A DNA stretch of 64,000 bases, from positions 360 through 64,359 of the forward strand of contig ONKB01000056.1 in the NCBI GenBank assembly GCA_900318305.1, read 5' to 3'. Below are positions 9,159 to 19,179 of this stretch, piece by piece. The position numbers and the translations under genes were made by a program. The notes under the pieces are model-generated. The model saw nothing but the letters and a program-made list of their open reading frames with translations. It was not told the DNA's origin and searched no databases. Each line of letters opens with the position of its first letter. Positions within the stretch are counted from its first letter, which is position 1. This DNA is from an uncultured Prevotellaceae bacterium (lineage in GTDB: Bacteria; Bacteroidota; Bacteroidia; Bacteroidales; Bacteroidaceae).

Positions 9159-10703
9159 TTATTCGTTTATCATATTCAGCAATTTAATTGTCGCCTTGAT
9201 GGCCGCTTCGGTCTGGTCGGCATCAAGGGCATGAGTGCGGTAGCTCTTGCCTTGGTAGTTCCATTCAATACTGGTCTGAACCAAAGCATCGGTCCTTCCG
9301 CCCGGTGGGATGGAAACCATATAGTTGGACAGCCATGGGAAATCCCTTTTTAGCTTGTTCTTGTAGATATGGCGTACACAGCGCACGAAAGCGTCATACT
9401 GACCATCGCCGGTGGCAGTTTCTTCATAGATAGTGCCGTTGACTTCCAGACGCACACTGGCAACAGGTTTCAGACCATAAGCAGTAGAAACCATGTAGCT
9501 GACCAGTTTAACCCTTTCTTCAAGGGTGGTATGTTTCAGTACGTCGCTGACGATATACGGCAGATCCTCTTGTGTAACTAATTCTTTTTTGTCTCCCAGT
9601 TCAATGATTCGTTGGGTGACTTTCTTCATAGCCTCCTCGCTGAGTTCCAGTCCCAGTTCCTCGAGATTCTTGCGGATATTGGCTTTTCCGCTTGCTTTTC
9701 CGAGTGCGTACTCACGTTTCCTTCCAAAACGTTCGGGCAGCAGGTCATTGCAGTAGAGGTTGTTCTTGTTGTCCCCGTCGGCATGGATTCCTGCCACTTG
9801 CGTAAAGACGCTGCTCCCCACGATGGGTTTGTTGGGTGGAATGGCGATGCCAGAATAGCTTTCTACAATGTGGCTGGCCTTGTTCAGCTTTTCTTCGTTG
9901 ATATTGGTCTGGGCATTGAAATGGTCTTTCAAAATGGCTTCGACACTTGCCAGGGGCGCATTGCCCGCACGTTCTCCAAGGCCATTTACAGAGGTGTGTA
10001 AACCTTTGGCACCACCAAGAACGGCTGCAACAGAGTTGCTTGCGGCAAGGTCATAATCATTATGGGCATGAAAATCAAAATGCAAATCAGGATAACGCTC
10101 TGTCATCAGTTGCATATACTCAATGACCTGCAAAGGATTGAGTATACCGAGTGTGTCTGGCAGCATGAAACGCTTTATGCCCAGATGGCACAGGTTGTCC
10201 ATCAGCAGGAATACATAATCCCGGCTGTCTTTCATGCCATTGCTCCAGTCCTCTAAGTAGATATTGACATCAAAACCTTTGTCCAGGGCTAATCTGACAT
10301 TTGTCGTTATGTCGTGGAGGTGTTCCTGTGGTGTCTTTTTCAGCTGACCCTCACAATGGCGGAGTGAACCTTTGGTCAGGATGTTGATGACCCGTCCACC
10401 AGCCTGTTGAATCCAGTCAAGTGATTTTCCGTCATCGACAAAGCCCAGAATTTCAACTTTGTCAGTCAGTTTCTTTGCTTCAGCCCAGCGGCAAATGCTT
10501 TTGGCAGCTTCTAATTCACCTTCTGAGACGCGGGCCGACGCTATCTCAATGCGGTCCACGCACAATTCCTCTAACAGCAGGCGTGCTATCATCAACTTCT
10601 CATGGGGCATAAAAGATACTCCGCTGGTCTGTTCGCCGTCGCGGAGCGTGGTATCCATGATTTCAACCTTGATGGCAGTCGGCTTGGTGAATTCTATTTT
10701 CAT
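9159..10703 (-). CDS. LeuA-family synthase paralog, (R)-citramalate synthase candidate
   Basis: 514 aa. It is the second HMGL/LeuA-type protein in the operon ([24 protein letters not shown]) and has a C-terminal LeuA-dimer type domain. It is inserted between leuD and leuB. Confidence 0.65.
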   Translation of the reverse strand: MKIEFTKPTAIKVEIMDTTLRDGEQTSGVSFMPHEKLMIARLLLEELCVDRIEIASARVSEGELEAAKSICRWAEAKKLTDKVEILGFVDDGKSLDWIQQAGGRVINILTKGSLRHCEGQLKKTPQEHLHDITTNVRLALDKGFDVNIYLEDWSNGMKDSRDYVFLLMDNLCHLGIKRFMLPDTLGILNPLQVIEYMQLMTERYPDLHFDFHAHNDYDLAASNSVAAVLGGAKGLHTSVNGLGERAGNAPLASVEAILKDHFNAQTNINEEKLNKASHIVESYSGIAIPPNKPIVGSSVFTQVAGIHADGDNKNNLYCNDLLPERFGRKREYALGKASGKANIRKNLEELGLELSEEAMKKVTQRIIELGDKKELVTQEDLPYIVSDVLKHTTLEERVKLVSYMVSTAYGLKPVASVRLEVNGTIYEETATGDGQYDAFVRCVRHIYKNKLKRDFPWLSNYMVSIPPGGRTDALVQTSIEWNYQGKSYRTHALDADQTEAAIKATIKLLNMINE

Positions 10704-11317
10704 CGGCTAAGTTCAAATTGTTCTATCTTATCTTTATTGGCAAGCAAAAAGTCTATGTCATCGTAGGCATTCATCAGACAATATTTCTTATACGAATTGA
10801 TTTCAAAATGCTCGCTCTTGCCAGTTGTCATGTTTGTCACAGTTTGGTTGGGTACATCTACCTTCACCTCCATACGCGGGTTCTGTTCTATGCTGTCAAA
10901 GAGTTCCTGTTGGAATGTCTTGCTAACAATTACTGGAAGCACAAAGCAGTTGAGCAGGTTGTTGCGGTGGATGTCGGCGAAACTGGAGGAGATGACTACC
11001 CTTACTCCATATCCTGCGATAGCCCATGCGGCATGTTCGCGTGAGGAACCTGATCCCCAGTTCTGACCGCCGACAATGATTTCGTGTACTCCTTTGTGTG
11101 GGACCTCGTTGAAATCGGGATGGTTCATGACAAAACTCTCCACGGGTTTTCCCTCAGGGTCGAAACGAAGGTCATGCATGAAAGCCTCGCCGAAAAATTT
11201 CGGGTCGCGCGTCGTACTTGCCAGATAGCGGGCAGGAATAATGAGGTCGGTATTACAATTGTCTATAGCAATGGGAATACATGTACTCTGTATGATATTG
11301 AATTTTTCTTTGGCCAT
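10700..11317 (-). CDS. leuD: 3-isopropylmalate dehydratase small subunit
   Basis: 205 aa with the aconitase swivel-domain motif GGQNWGSGSSREHAAWA. There is a 4-nt overlap with the downstream gene. Confidence 0.9.
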   Translation of the reverse strand: MAKEKFNIIQSTCIPIAIDNCNTDLIIPARYLASTTRDPKFFGEAFMHDLRFDPEGKPVESFVMNHPDFNEVPHKGVHEIIVGGQNWGSGSSREHAAWAIAGYGVRVVISSSFADIHRNNLLNCFVLPVIVSKTFQQELFDSIEQNPRMEVKVDVPNQTVTNMTTGKSEHFEINSYKKYCLMNAYDDIDFLLANKDKIEQFELSR

Positions 11318-11320
11318 GGC

Positions 11321-12709
11321 TTATAATTTACGGGGGTCAGTAATTTTTCCAGTTATCGCACTTGCGGCTACGACCAGCGGTGAAGCCAGTATTGTTCTTG
11401 CTCCGGGGCCCTGACGTCCCACGAAATTTCTGTTTGACGTGGATATTGAGAGCTTGCCGGCAGGTACCTTGTCTGGATTCATGGCCAGACAGGCAGAGCA
11501 ACTGGGTAGTCTTAATTCAAAACCAGCTTCTTCCAGCACCTTGTCTATTCCCTCGTCAATGATTTGCTTTCTAACCAGCCATGAACCGGGTACTAACCAA
11601 GCCACGACATTATTGGCTTTCTTCTTGCCCTTCACTACGGAGGCAAAGGCACGGAAGTCTTCAATGCGTCCGTTGGTGCATGCTCCGAGGAAGCAATAAT
11701 CCACTGGTGTTCCCTCAAGTTTCTGCCCAGGTTGAAATTGCATATAGTCCAGCATACTCAGGAACTGGCTCCTTTCAGCCTCAGGAATCTCGTCGAGAGT
11801 CGGGATGTTCCCGTCGATGGCAATACCTGCTCCTGGATTCGTGCCATAAGTGATACGAGGAACGATGTCCTCAGCCTGGTATGTCACTTCTTTGTCAAAC
11901 ACGGCATCGTCATCGCTTTTCAGTTTGCGCCACTCTTCTACGGCCTTGTCCCATGCCTCTCCTTTGGGTGCATATTCGCGTCCTTTGAGATATGCGAAGG
12001 TAATCTCATCTGGGGCTATCAGTCCGGCGCGGCTGCCCATCTCGATTGACAGATTGGACAATGTCAGACGTCCTTCCATACTCATGTTGCGTATGGCGCT
12101 GCCGGCATATTCTACGGCATAGCCAGTAGCACCACTTGTGGTCATCTGGGCCATAATATAGAGGGCTACGTCCTTGGCGGTGGTGCCTTGTAGCAAAGTT
12201 CCTTCAATATTGATGCGCATTGTTTTGGGCTTCGACTGCAAAATACATTGTGAGGCCAGCACCTGAGCCACTTCCGATGTTCCTATACCCATGGCAATGG
12301 CACCAACGGCACCATGGGTTGAGGTGTGGGAATCGCCACAGACGATAGTCATACCAGGTAGAGACAAGGCTTTTTCTGGTCCTACCACATGGATGATACC
12401 GTTGTCCTTGGTACCCATTGCAAAATGCCTGATGCCAAATTCTTCGCAGTTGGCTTTCAGGGTTTCCACCTGTTTGCGGCCTGTGGGGTCATGGATAATC
12501 TCTTGCTGATCCGACGGGGTGTTATGGTCGGGCATGGCAATAATCTGCCCGGGACGGAATACTTTAACTCCCTTATCTCTCAGCGTGTCAAAAGCCTGAG
12601 GCGAAGTAACCTCATGGGCATACAGACGGTCAATATACAGTTGGGTGGGGCCGTCTTCCACTTGTTGGACGACATGGGCGTCCCATATTTTATCAAAAAG
12701 TGTTCTCAT
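11321..12709 (-). CDS. leuC: 3-isopropylmalate dehydratase large subunit
   Basis: 462 aa with aconitase-family Fe-S ligand motifs ([23 protein letters not shown]). Confidence 0.95.
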   Translation of the reverse strand: MRTLFDKIWDAHVVQQVEDGPTQLYIDRLYAHEVTSPQAFDTLRDKGVKVFRPGQIIAMPDHNTPSDQQEIIHDPTGRKQVETLKANCEEFGIRHFAMGTKDNGIIHVVGPEKALSLPGMTIVCGDSHTSTHGAVGAIAMGIGTSEVAQVLASQCILQSKPKTMRINIEGTLLQGTTAKDVALYIMAQMTTSGATGYAVEYAGSAIRNMSMEGRLTLSNLSIEMGSRAGLIAPDEITFAYLKGREYAPKGEAWDKAVEEWRKLKSDDDAVFDKEVTYQAEDIVPRITYGTNPGAGIAIDGNIPTLDEIPEAERSQFLSMLDYMQFQPGQKLEGTPVDYCFLGACTNGRIEDFRAFASVVKGKKKANNVVAWLVPGSWLVRKQIIDEGIDKVLEEAGFELRLPSCSACLAMNPDKVPAGKLSISTSNRNFVGRQGPGARTILASPLVVAASAITGKITDPRKL

Positions 12710-14202
12710 TCCTTGAACTTATTAATACAATCAATATATGCTTCAACGCTGGCTGTTACTATGTCGGTGTCGGCACCGAAACCATAATAGACAGAACCGT
12801 TGTACTCCACTTGCATGTGTACCTTGCCGACATCGTCAGAGCCTTTGGATATAGCCTGAATGGTAAACTCCTTCAATGTCATTTGTTTTGTGATAATCTT
12901 TTTCAGCGCTTTGATGGCAGCATCCACGGGACCATTGCCCGATGCAGCTGCTTCAAATTTCTGATTGCTGATAATGAGACCGATACTTGCGACGCTCTTT
13001 ACGCCACGGCCTGTTGTTACCTGCAGGAAATCAAGTCTCACGGCATGAGCCTCAGCGGTGTCAGCGCCTGCCAGCATGAGTACATCGGCATCATTGACCT
13101 CTTTTTTCTGGTCAGCCAGTTGCAGGAATTTCTCATATATCTTATCGAGTTTCTTCTCGTCCACGTCAACACCGTTCACGTTCAGTCTGTGCTTCAGAGC
13201 GGCACGGCCAGAGCGGGCTGTCAGTACGATAGCGTTATCGTCTATTCCAACATCATGGGGGTTGATGATTTCATAAGTCTGTACGTTTTTCAGCACGCCA
13301 TCTTGGTGTATGCCTGAGGAGTGAGCAAAGGCATTCCGTCCTACTATGGCTTTGTTAGGCTGTACAGGCATGTTCATGAGGCTGGAGACCATGCGGCTCG
13401 TCGGGAAAATCTTGGTGGTGTTGATGTTGGTGTCAATGCCAAGTCCTTTGTGGCATTTCAGTATCATGGCAATTTCCTCCAATGAAGTGTTTCCGGCCCT
13501 TTCCCCGATACCATTGATGGTTACCTCCACCTGACGGGCACCACCCATGACACCATTGAATGTGTTTGCTGTTGCCATGCCCAGATCGTTGTGACAGTGG
13601 GTAGAGAGAATGGCCTTGTCCACGCCGTCAACATGATCTTTCAGATACTTTATTTTCTCATAGTATTCTTGGGGCAGGCAATAACCTGTGGTGTCGGGAA
13701 TGTTGACAACGGTTGCGCCAGCCTTAATGACGGCCTCCACCATGCGTGCAAGATATTCATTTTCAGTTCTGCCGGCATCCTCACAATAGAACTCCACATC
13801 CTCAACAAATTTTTTCGCATATTTTACGGCAGCTACACCGCGCTCAATGATTTCTTCGCGGTTGGAGTTAAACTTGTACTTGATATGGTAGTCCGACGTG
13901 CCGATACCCGTATGGATACGTTTGCGCTTGGCATATTGTAGTGCCTCTGCGGCGACATCGATGTCTTTCTGTACAGCTCGTGTCAGGGCGCAGATGGTGG
14001 GCCATGTTACGGCTTTTGAAATCTCTATCACCGAATTGAAGTCACCTGGACTGGAGACAGGGAATCCCGCCTCGATAATGTCCACGCCCAACTGCTCCAA
14101 TGCCTTGGCAACCTGAATCTTCTCTACTGTATTCAATTGACAGCCTGGCACCTGCTCGCCGTCGCGCAATGTCGTGTCAAAAATGTATAACCTGTCAGCC
14201 AT
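12706..14202 (-). CDS. leuA: 2-isopropylmalate synthase
   Basis: 498 aa with [25 protein letters not shown] and a C-terminal allosteric domain. It is the first gene of the operon. Confidence 0.9.
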   Translation of the reverse strand: MADRLYIFDTTLRDGEQVPGCQLNTVEKIQVAKALEQLGVDIIEAGFPVSSPGDFNSVIEISKAVTWPTICALTRAVQKDIDVAAEALQYAKRKRIHTGIGTSDYHIKYKFNSNREEIIERGVAAVKYAKKFVEDVEFYCEDAGRTENEYLARMVEAVIKAGATVVNIPDTTGYCLPQEYYEKIKYLKDHVDGVDKAILSTHCHNDLGMATANTFNGVMGGARQVEVTINGIGERAGNTSLEEIAMILKCHKGLGIDTNINTTKIFPTSRMVSSLMNMPVQPNKAIVGRNAFAHSSGIHQDGVLKNVQTYEIINPHDVGIDDNAIVLTARSGRAALKHRLNVNGVDVDEKKLDKIYEKFLQLADQKKEVNDADVLMLAGADTAEAHAVRLDFLQVTTGRGVKSVASIGLIISNQKFEAAASGNGPVDAAIKALKKIITKQMTLKEFTIQAISKGSDDVGKVHMQVEYNGSVYYGFGADTDIVTASVEAYIDCINKFKE

Positions 14203-14256
14203 TTTTATTATAGTGTTTTGTAATTGTTTTGATGCTTGATGTTGGATTGCTTATAT

Positions 14257-14294
14257 AAAAAAAGCCCCTCTCGTTCTTGTGAAATGGGAAAGGC
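14257..14294 (-). terminator. attenuator-type intrinsic terminator in the leuA leader
   Basis: The minus-strand RNA reads GCCUUUCCC-N13-GAGAGGGGC followed by U7. That gives 8 of 9 pairs, including 2 G-U. It ends 55 nt upstream of the leuA ATG. Confidence 0.5.
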
Positions 14295-14317
14295 TTATGT
14301 ATTGGCAAAAAATTCAA

Positions 14318-14398
14318 TTATAGCACAATAAACCCATTTCGACACTTCTGAGATAGTAGGAAAATATCCAATAGTCGGAAAATGTTTGTATTGAACAT
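14318..14398 (-). CDS. candidate leu operon leader peptide (26 codons)
   Basis: Own translation: MFNTNIFRLLDIFLLSQKCRNGFIVL. The ATG lies 23 nt downstream of a -7 box. 4 of 5 Leu codons are CTA. The ORF is too short for the ORF track. Confidence 0.45.
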   Translation of the reverse strand: MFNTNIFRLLDIFLLSQKCRNGFIVL

Positions 14399-14420
14399 GA
14401 ATTGATTTTATTTTGAGATG

Positions 14421-14428
14421 CAAAATTA
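14421..14428 (-). promoter_or_regulatory. -7 promoter box (TAATTTTG) with -33 TTTG (14449-14452) for the leu operon
   Basis: Both Bacteroidota promoter elements are present on the minus strand with a 20-nt spacer. Confidence 0.5.
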
Positions 14429-14530
14429 AACAATTCTTTGTCAAGAGACAAACTTTTTGACTATAAATCCTGTTTTTTCTTATCGTTTGTCAAAAAATAT
14501 TTCTTAGAAGAACAGATTTCTGACGGTTAC

Positions 14531-16309
14531 TTATTTCTGTGACGGGGTAATCTGCGATGCTTTGACGAAATAGTTCCAATAAGTTTTGTTGAAGTTGATT
14601 TTGCTATTTTCTGCCCCTTTGTTTTCCTGCAAGGCTGTATACTGGGCGTCAAACTGACGGAATTGCATGTCGTACTGTGGCGAGTAGGAGACATATTGAC
14701 GTATGCTTTCGTCTCCGGTGTCAAATATAATCATGGCTACGGCTTCAGCATAAGCCTTGGGCAGCTGCCGTCCCGAATAGACAGGGTAGGTGGTCAGCAC
14801 ATGGAGAAAGTTCCTTAGGTCACAATCCAAAAGAAATGATACCAGGGCATAGTCTACGATGCTTTGGTTTTGTTTGCCAAATTCCAGTTGCCCCTTCATT
14901 TCTACTCCCAGTTGGTATGCGCCAAGGAAAGTGTTGGCACGGACAGGTTTGGCCGTTTGTGTCCGGTTTCGCTGTTGTTGGCTGTCCAGGGCCTGCCGCC
15001 ATTGTCTTGCCCACGATTTGTGTGTTGTTGACTTGGAGAGTTTGGCGATATATTTTTCTGCGACAGGGAAGTTGTCGGTTAGCAAGGCATATTTTACCAT
15101 TTGGCGCATGGAGGCAAAACCGGCTCCGTTGCGACATTGTATGCCAAATTCGTAGGACTGACGGAAACACTCATCGAATATTTCAAGGTTCTCGTAGAAT
15201 TGTCGGTTGAAATTGCGACAAAAAGCGTTGCTGTTGCTGCGATACAACAAGTTCTCGGAGAAGATAATGGGATAATTGAATATATTGTCAGGCAATGTCC
15301 CCAATCCGGCTTCTGCCAGAAGGGCATACTCCAGGTAAGCCTTGTTCGTGGATAATTCCTTCTTGGGTATGGTGTTCAGAATCTGTTTCCATTCTTTCTT
15401 CTCAGCCAAAGCTGCCAATTGCCAGCCTTTTTCCTCACGGAGAAATTGCGGATTGGTGCAGATGAGATAGAAAACAGCGATGCAGGTAATCAAGATACCT
15501 CCTTGTATGCCATATCTTACTGATTTATGTAATCTGTTGACTGGCTTGACGGCCATCATGAGAAGAACGAGGTATAGGGAGGCATAAATCCATGGGTTTA
15601 GTCCCTCTATTGGACTGTAGAAGTATCGTCTGTCAAGTGGTGTGAATCCGACGAGCCGGCTCATCATTCCTACTTCGAAGTAGAGCCAGATATTACACAA
15701 GACAAAGACTATCCCGGGGATGAAGTATGATGGATGATGTCTGAGGGCTGATGTCTGAGGGCTGATGGATTCTCTTTCTTGTATGGTCCAACCTATGGCA
15801 ATGGTTAGGGTGGCCATTACCATCATCGTCCATGGCATCAGGAAAAGACCTGTCGTACAGAGTACGGCGAGGTAGGCATATTTCCACCAGTTTTTTCTGA
15901 TGATGAAAAACAGCCAAATCGCCAGAACCATGAAAAAGGTCTGCAGGTAGAATTCCAATTGGAACAAGGCCATGAACAGCGATGCCAGCGGTAGGGCTAA
16001 GCCCAGGGCGGGATAGGAGGAAAAAACCATCCTGCGTGGTGTGTCAGCCAGCAACAGAGCCGTCAGGGTCAGGACAGTGGCCTCTATTGTCATGCCCACG
16101 CCTTGCCAGCGGAAAAACTGTAAGAGATAGTCGCTCAGCAAGGCAGTAATGCCAGGCAGTTCTGCAATCTTCATCCTTAAGTAATCGTCGTTCCATACAA
16201 AGTAGTCGGTGGCTTCCAGCTGAGCTATCGTCTGAGGGTAAACCCAGGAGATGCACACACATGTTGTAAGGAAAAAAACAATATACAGGGCTTTGTCTGT
16301 CTTGTTCAT
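14531..16309 (-). CDS. polytopic membrane protein, DUF6057-like
   Basis: 592 aa, with about 10 hydrophobic helices in the first ~300 aa and then a helical soluble half. The family assignment is from memory only. It is the last gene of a 4-gene cluster. Confidence 0.55.
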   Translation of the reverse strand: MNKTDKALYIVFFLTTCVCISWVYPQTIAQLEATDYFVWNDDYLRMKIAELPGITALLSDYLLQFFRWQGVGMTIEATVLTLTALLLADTPRRMVFSSYPALGLALPLASLFMALFQLEFYLQTFFMVLAIWLFFIIRKNWWKYAYLAVLCTTGLFLMPWTMMVMATLTIAIGWTIQERESISPQTSALRHHPSYFIPGIVFVLCNIWLYFEVGMMSRLVGFTPLDRRYFYSPIEGLNPWIYASLYLVLLMMAVKPVNRLHKSVRYGIQGGILITCIAVFYLICTNPQFLREEKGWQLAALAEKKEWKQILNTIPKKELSTNKAYLEYALLAEAGLGTLPDNIFNYPIIFSENLLYRSNSNAFCRNFNRQFYENLEIFDECFRQSYEFGIQCRNGAGFASMRQMVKYALLTDNFPVAEKYIAKLSKSTTHKSWARQWRQALDSQQQRNRTQTAKPVRANTFLGAYQLGVEMKGQLEFGKQNQSIVDYALVSFLLDCDLRNFLHVLTTYPVYSGRQLPKAYAEAVAMIIFDTGDESIRQYVSYSPQYDMQFRQFDAQYTALQENKGAENSKINFNKTYWNYFVKASQITPSQK

Positions 16310-16318
16310 GGTGGGTTG

Positions 16319-17749
16319 TTATTTCTTGGATTGAAGCATTTTTGACATCTGATCCCGGTCTGCATTTACTTTCCCTGTAATGAATTCAGGAACATTATAG
16401 GAGAAAAATCTCTGTTCGTTTTTCCAGGGATTCTTCTGAGGTAAGAGGAACGATTTGGTAAATTGTCCGTTGATGAAATGTGAGAAGTAAAGGTTTGTTG
16501 TCCTTCCTTCCAGCCTTCTGGAAGCAAAGGTCACCCATTTGCCGTTGGAACTCCAGTTGTGGTAGCTTTCAGGTGCGGTGTCAGAGTTGATGTTGTCGGG
16601 TTTGTAAATGTCTCCGTTCATCAAGTTTATAAGTATCAGGTCCGCCTCGGGGTGGTGGATGGTGAATGTGCCACAGTCAGCCACGGAAATCATCAGATAT
16701 CTTCCGTCGGGTGATACCCTTGGGTGGCAGGCGCTGCCTCCTTGGGTTCTGGCATTGTAAACTGTATCCACAGGACTCCCCATTTTCCCGGTTTTCTCGT
16801 CAAAAGGTACCCTGAGTATCGAGTAGTGCATGGAATCGACCTCGTATGGCAGCAAATGGGGTTCAGCTGAACAGAAATACAGCATTCTGCCGTCGGGCGA
16901 GAATGCGGGGAATGTCTCCAGGCTTAGTGTGTCTGTGAAACGGCAGTCCTCTATTATGCTGTCCTTGTCGCTGTCGTAGATGACCAGGTCAGAGGAGAAG
17001 TCAAATACTTCAATTTTCTGTGTACAATGTGAGTAGAACGATTGGTGGACGTCATTGACGCTGAAGGCAATATACCGCCCTCCGGGATGCCAGTTGGGGT
17101 AGGTGGCGTTTTGTGAGCCCATAGCGATGTTCCGTTTAGTCATGATGCCGTCTTTCACGACAATAGTTCCTCCACCTTTGTTGCGGGCATGCAGCATGTA
17201 TCTCTTCGGATCACCCTTGCAGAAATTATGACAGTTAATGCAGCCTCCCTCGTTTTCGTTGTTTGTGATGATGGGTGTCTCCTCAAACGTACTCAGGTGG
17301 CGTTGCATGATAGCCATCTTGTTCCATCCTACGTATCCCGGAGGTATAAGGCGGTAGGCCACATAATCGTCAATCTCGCTGTCATCAATGTGTATGGTGA
17401 AGTCCCTGTACCTTATTCCGTCGGGGTGCTCCTGGTTCCAGGCACTCACGCTCACATCAACATCCTTCCCTCTGCACTTGGACAGCAGTTCCTTCCATTC
17501 CGACAGAGGGATGTCAATGTAGTCGTCACCGTTTATTTCAAGTAGGGTGGTTCCCTCGCAGGAGAAAGCTACCCTCATGTCTGTGGCGTCCTTGATGCCA
17601 AAATTCAAGGGCGCTATGTTTGCAGGGACGGTAACTCCTATGTAATCAGGAAAAACCGGTGGCAGTTCTTCCACTTGGCTCTGAGGCATTTTCTTGTCGC
17701 ATGCGCACCAGAATAGAAGGGTGAAACACAATATAATGAAATGTCTCAT
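16319..17749 (-). CDS. lipoprotein with a CXXCH motif and PD40/TolB-like beta-propeller repeats
   Basis: 476 aa with a lipoprotein-type signal (LLFWCAC) and CINCH at residues 170-174. There are four PD40-like repeats: HPGGRYIAFS, FSPDGRMLYF, VSPDGRYLMI, WSSNGKWVTF. Confidence 0.6.
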   Translation of the reverse strand: MRHFIILCFTLLFWCACDKKMPQSQVEELPPVFPDYIGVTVPANIAPLNFGIKDATDMRVAFSCEGTTLLEINGDDYIDIPLSEWKELLSKCRGKDVDVSVSAWNQEHPDGIRYRDFTIHIDDSEIDDYVAYRLIPPGYVGWNKMAIMQRHLSTFEETPIITNNENEGGCINCHNFCKGDPKRYMLHARNKGGGTIVVKDGIMTKRNIAMGSQNATYPNWHPGGRYIAFSVNDVHQSFYSHCTQKIEVFDFSSDLVIYDSDKDSIIEDCRFTDTLSLETFPAFSPDGRMLYFCSAEPHLLPYEVDSMHYSILRVPFDEKTGKMGSPVDTVYNARTQGGSACHPRVSPDGRYLMISVADCGTFTIHHPEADLILINLMNGDIYKPDNINSDTAPESYHNWSSNGKWVTFASRRLEGRTTNLYFSHFINGQFTKSFLLPQKNPWKNEQRFFSYNVPEFITGKVNADRDQMSKMLQSKK

Positions 17750-19101
17750 CTGTGGACTGTTTTAGTCTTTTTGATAATACTGCTGGTATAGTTGTTAAGC
17801 ATTCTCCCTAATTGCTCTTCGGGCAGATTCTTCAGTTTCTGCTCAAAGGTTTTCTGTTTGTCGAACAACTTTTTTTGTTGTTTTCTCAGGGTCGTCTGGT
17901 GTGCGCTGTGTGGTGCCTGATGTGTTTTCCCGACTTTCTCCCAGCGGTCGGTATATGTCCAGTACATGCCGTCGGGATAGTTTTTGCGCAGGTCTTTGCT
18001 GTCAGAGAAATGTTTCTGTTCGGCCTCTGTCCAGTCGCTGAACCGTGTCCATCCCTTTGGCGGCTGGGTCATGCCCATATACCAGGGTACAAACAATTCG
18101 GAACAGGGCCTCCCTGGACACGTCCACATGACACAGCCTATGCTGCGGGGCATCCAGTCCCTCAGTTGGAATACTGTGGCTAAAACCGTATTGTCGTTGC
18201 ATACCAATGGCTTCTCCCCGGTGTTGCTTTCAGGTTTGCCATGCAGGCTCAGGGCATCAATAATGTCTTGCATATTCAGTTTGTGGGCAGGAGTGATAGC
18301 CAACCCTATGTCATTGACATCGTAGTTGTAAGTTCCTTTGCTCAGAAAAGCCAGCACCTGTGAATGACGATTGGTGTTGGAGCTGCTCTTGAAAGTTCTT
18401 GGGGCTGCATATGCTTTCCTGAACGAAAAAACGCCGTCCTTTTCGGGGTTGTACCATCCGCGCTCAATGGCATAACTGATGATGTCTTGACTTCCCAAGA
18501 AGTTCAGCGTGTCGCTGAGGTTAATCTTGTCGATGACATAATAATTAGGTATGGTCATCACCTTGTCATCGGGAACCCGTTGTGCCACCCAGTGGCGGCC
18601 TTGCACTAAGGCTACAAGCCACCCCTCCTTGCTGTCGGCCACCACATACGAGCGGCCGCTGCTGCGGTAGCCGTATCGCTCTACGTCCCTGCCGATGATT
18701 TTCACGGCTTCGCGTGCCGAGCGGGCATATTTGGCTACGTCAAGGCGCAGACGGTGCAGAATGCCTCCGTCGGAGAAATCCTCCCTGTCCTCCCGTGAAG
18801 GACAATTGTCGGAAGCCACGCATACACCATGCTCGTTCATCAGAGCGTCTGCCACTTCCAGTCCGGGGAATTCAGCCCACAGAAATTTACTTGTACCTTT
18901 GCGTTGGCCAGCCACATAGATGTTGAGCATCTGTTCGCCCCCGTCATCTTCATTGTGTCCCATCAGTACGCTCCCGTCGGCAGTTGCCAGCTTGCCGGCA
19001 ATAATGCCGAAACAATTATCTTCTTGCGCCAGTACCCTGCCACTTGTCAAAGCAAAGCAGGCTATGGTCAGCAGGATAGTCTTGCCATGTAGTGCAATCA
19101 T
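17746..19101 (-). CDS. secreted peptidase family C69 (dipeptidase-like, Ntn-hydrolase)
   Basis: 451 aa. A signal peptide is followed by NCFGIIAGK (nucleophile Cys) and MGHNEDDGG. There is an ATGA start/stop overlap with the downstream gene. Confidence 0.8.
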   Translation of the reverse strand: MIALHGKTILLTIACFALTSGRVLAQEDNCFGIIAGKLATADGSVLMGHNEDDGGEQMLNIYVAGQRKGTSKFLWAEFPGLEVADALMNEHGVCVASDNCPSREDREDFSDGGILHRLRLDVAKYARSAREAVKIIGRDVERYGYRSSGRSYVVADSKEGWLVALVQGRHWVAQRVPDDKVMTIPNYYVIDKINLSDTLNFLGSQDIISYAIERGWYNPEKDGVFSFRKAYAAPRTFKSSSNTNRHSQVLAFLSKGTYNYDVNDIGLAITPAHKLNMQDIIDALSLHGKPESNTGEKPLVCNDNTVLATVFQLRDWMPRSIGCVMWTCPGRPCSELFVPWYMGMTQPPKGWTRFSDWTEAEQKHFSDSKDLRKNYPDGMYWTYTDRWEKVGKTHQAPHSAHQTTLRKQQKKLFDKQKTFEQKLKNLPEEQLGRMLNNYTSSIIKKTKTVHR

Positions 19102-19179
19102 CTTCTGAATATTATTTTGATGAATATTAAAAATACCCTTGATGGTGGGTTTCAGCTGTTGCTTGCGGATGTCCGGGTG

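Noticed and set aside
14437-14493. Repeated TTTGTCAA / TTTTGAC motifs upstream of the leu promoter, as regulator binding sites.
   Set aside because: One copy simply supplies the -33 TTTG of the promoter. The others are short, AT-rich and could occur by chance. They are not supportable without comparative data.
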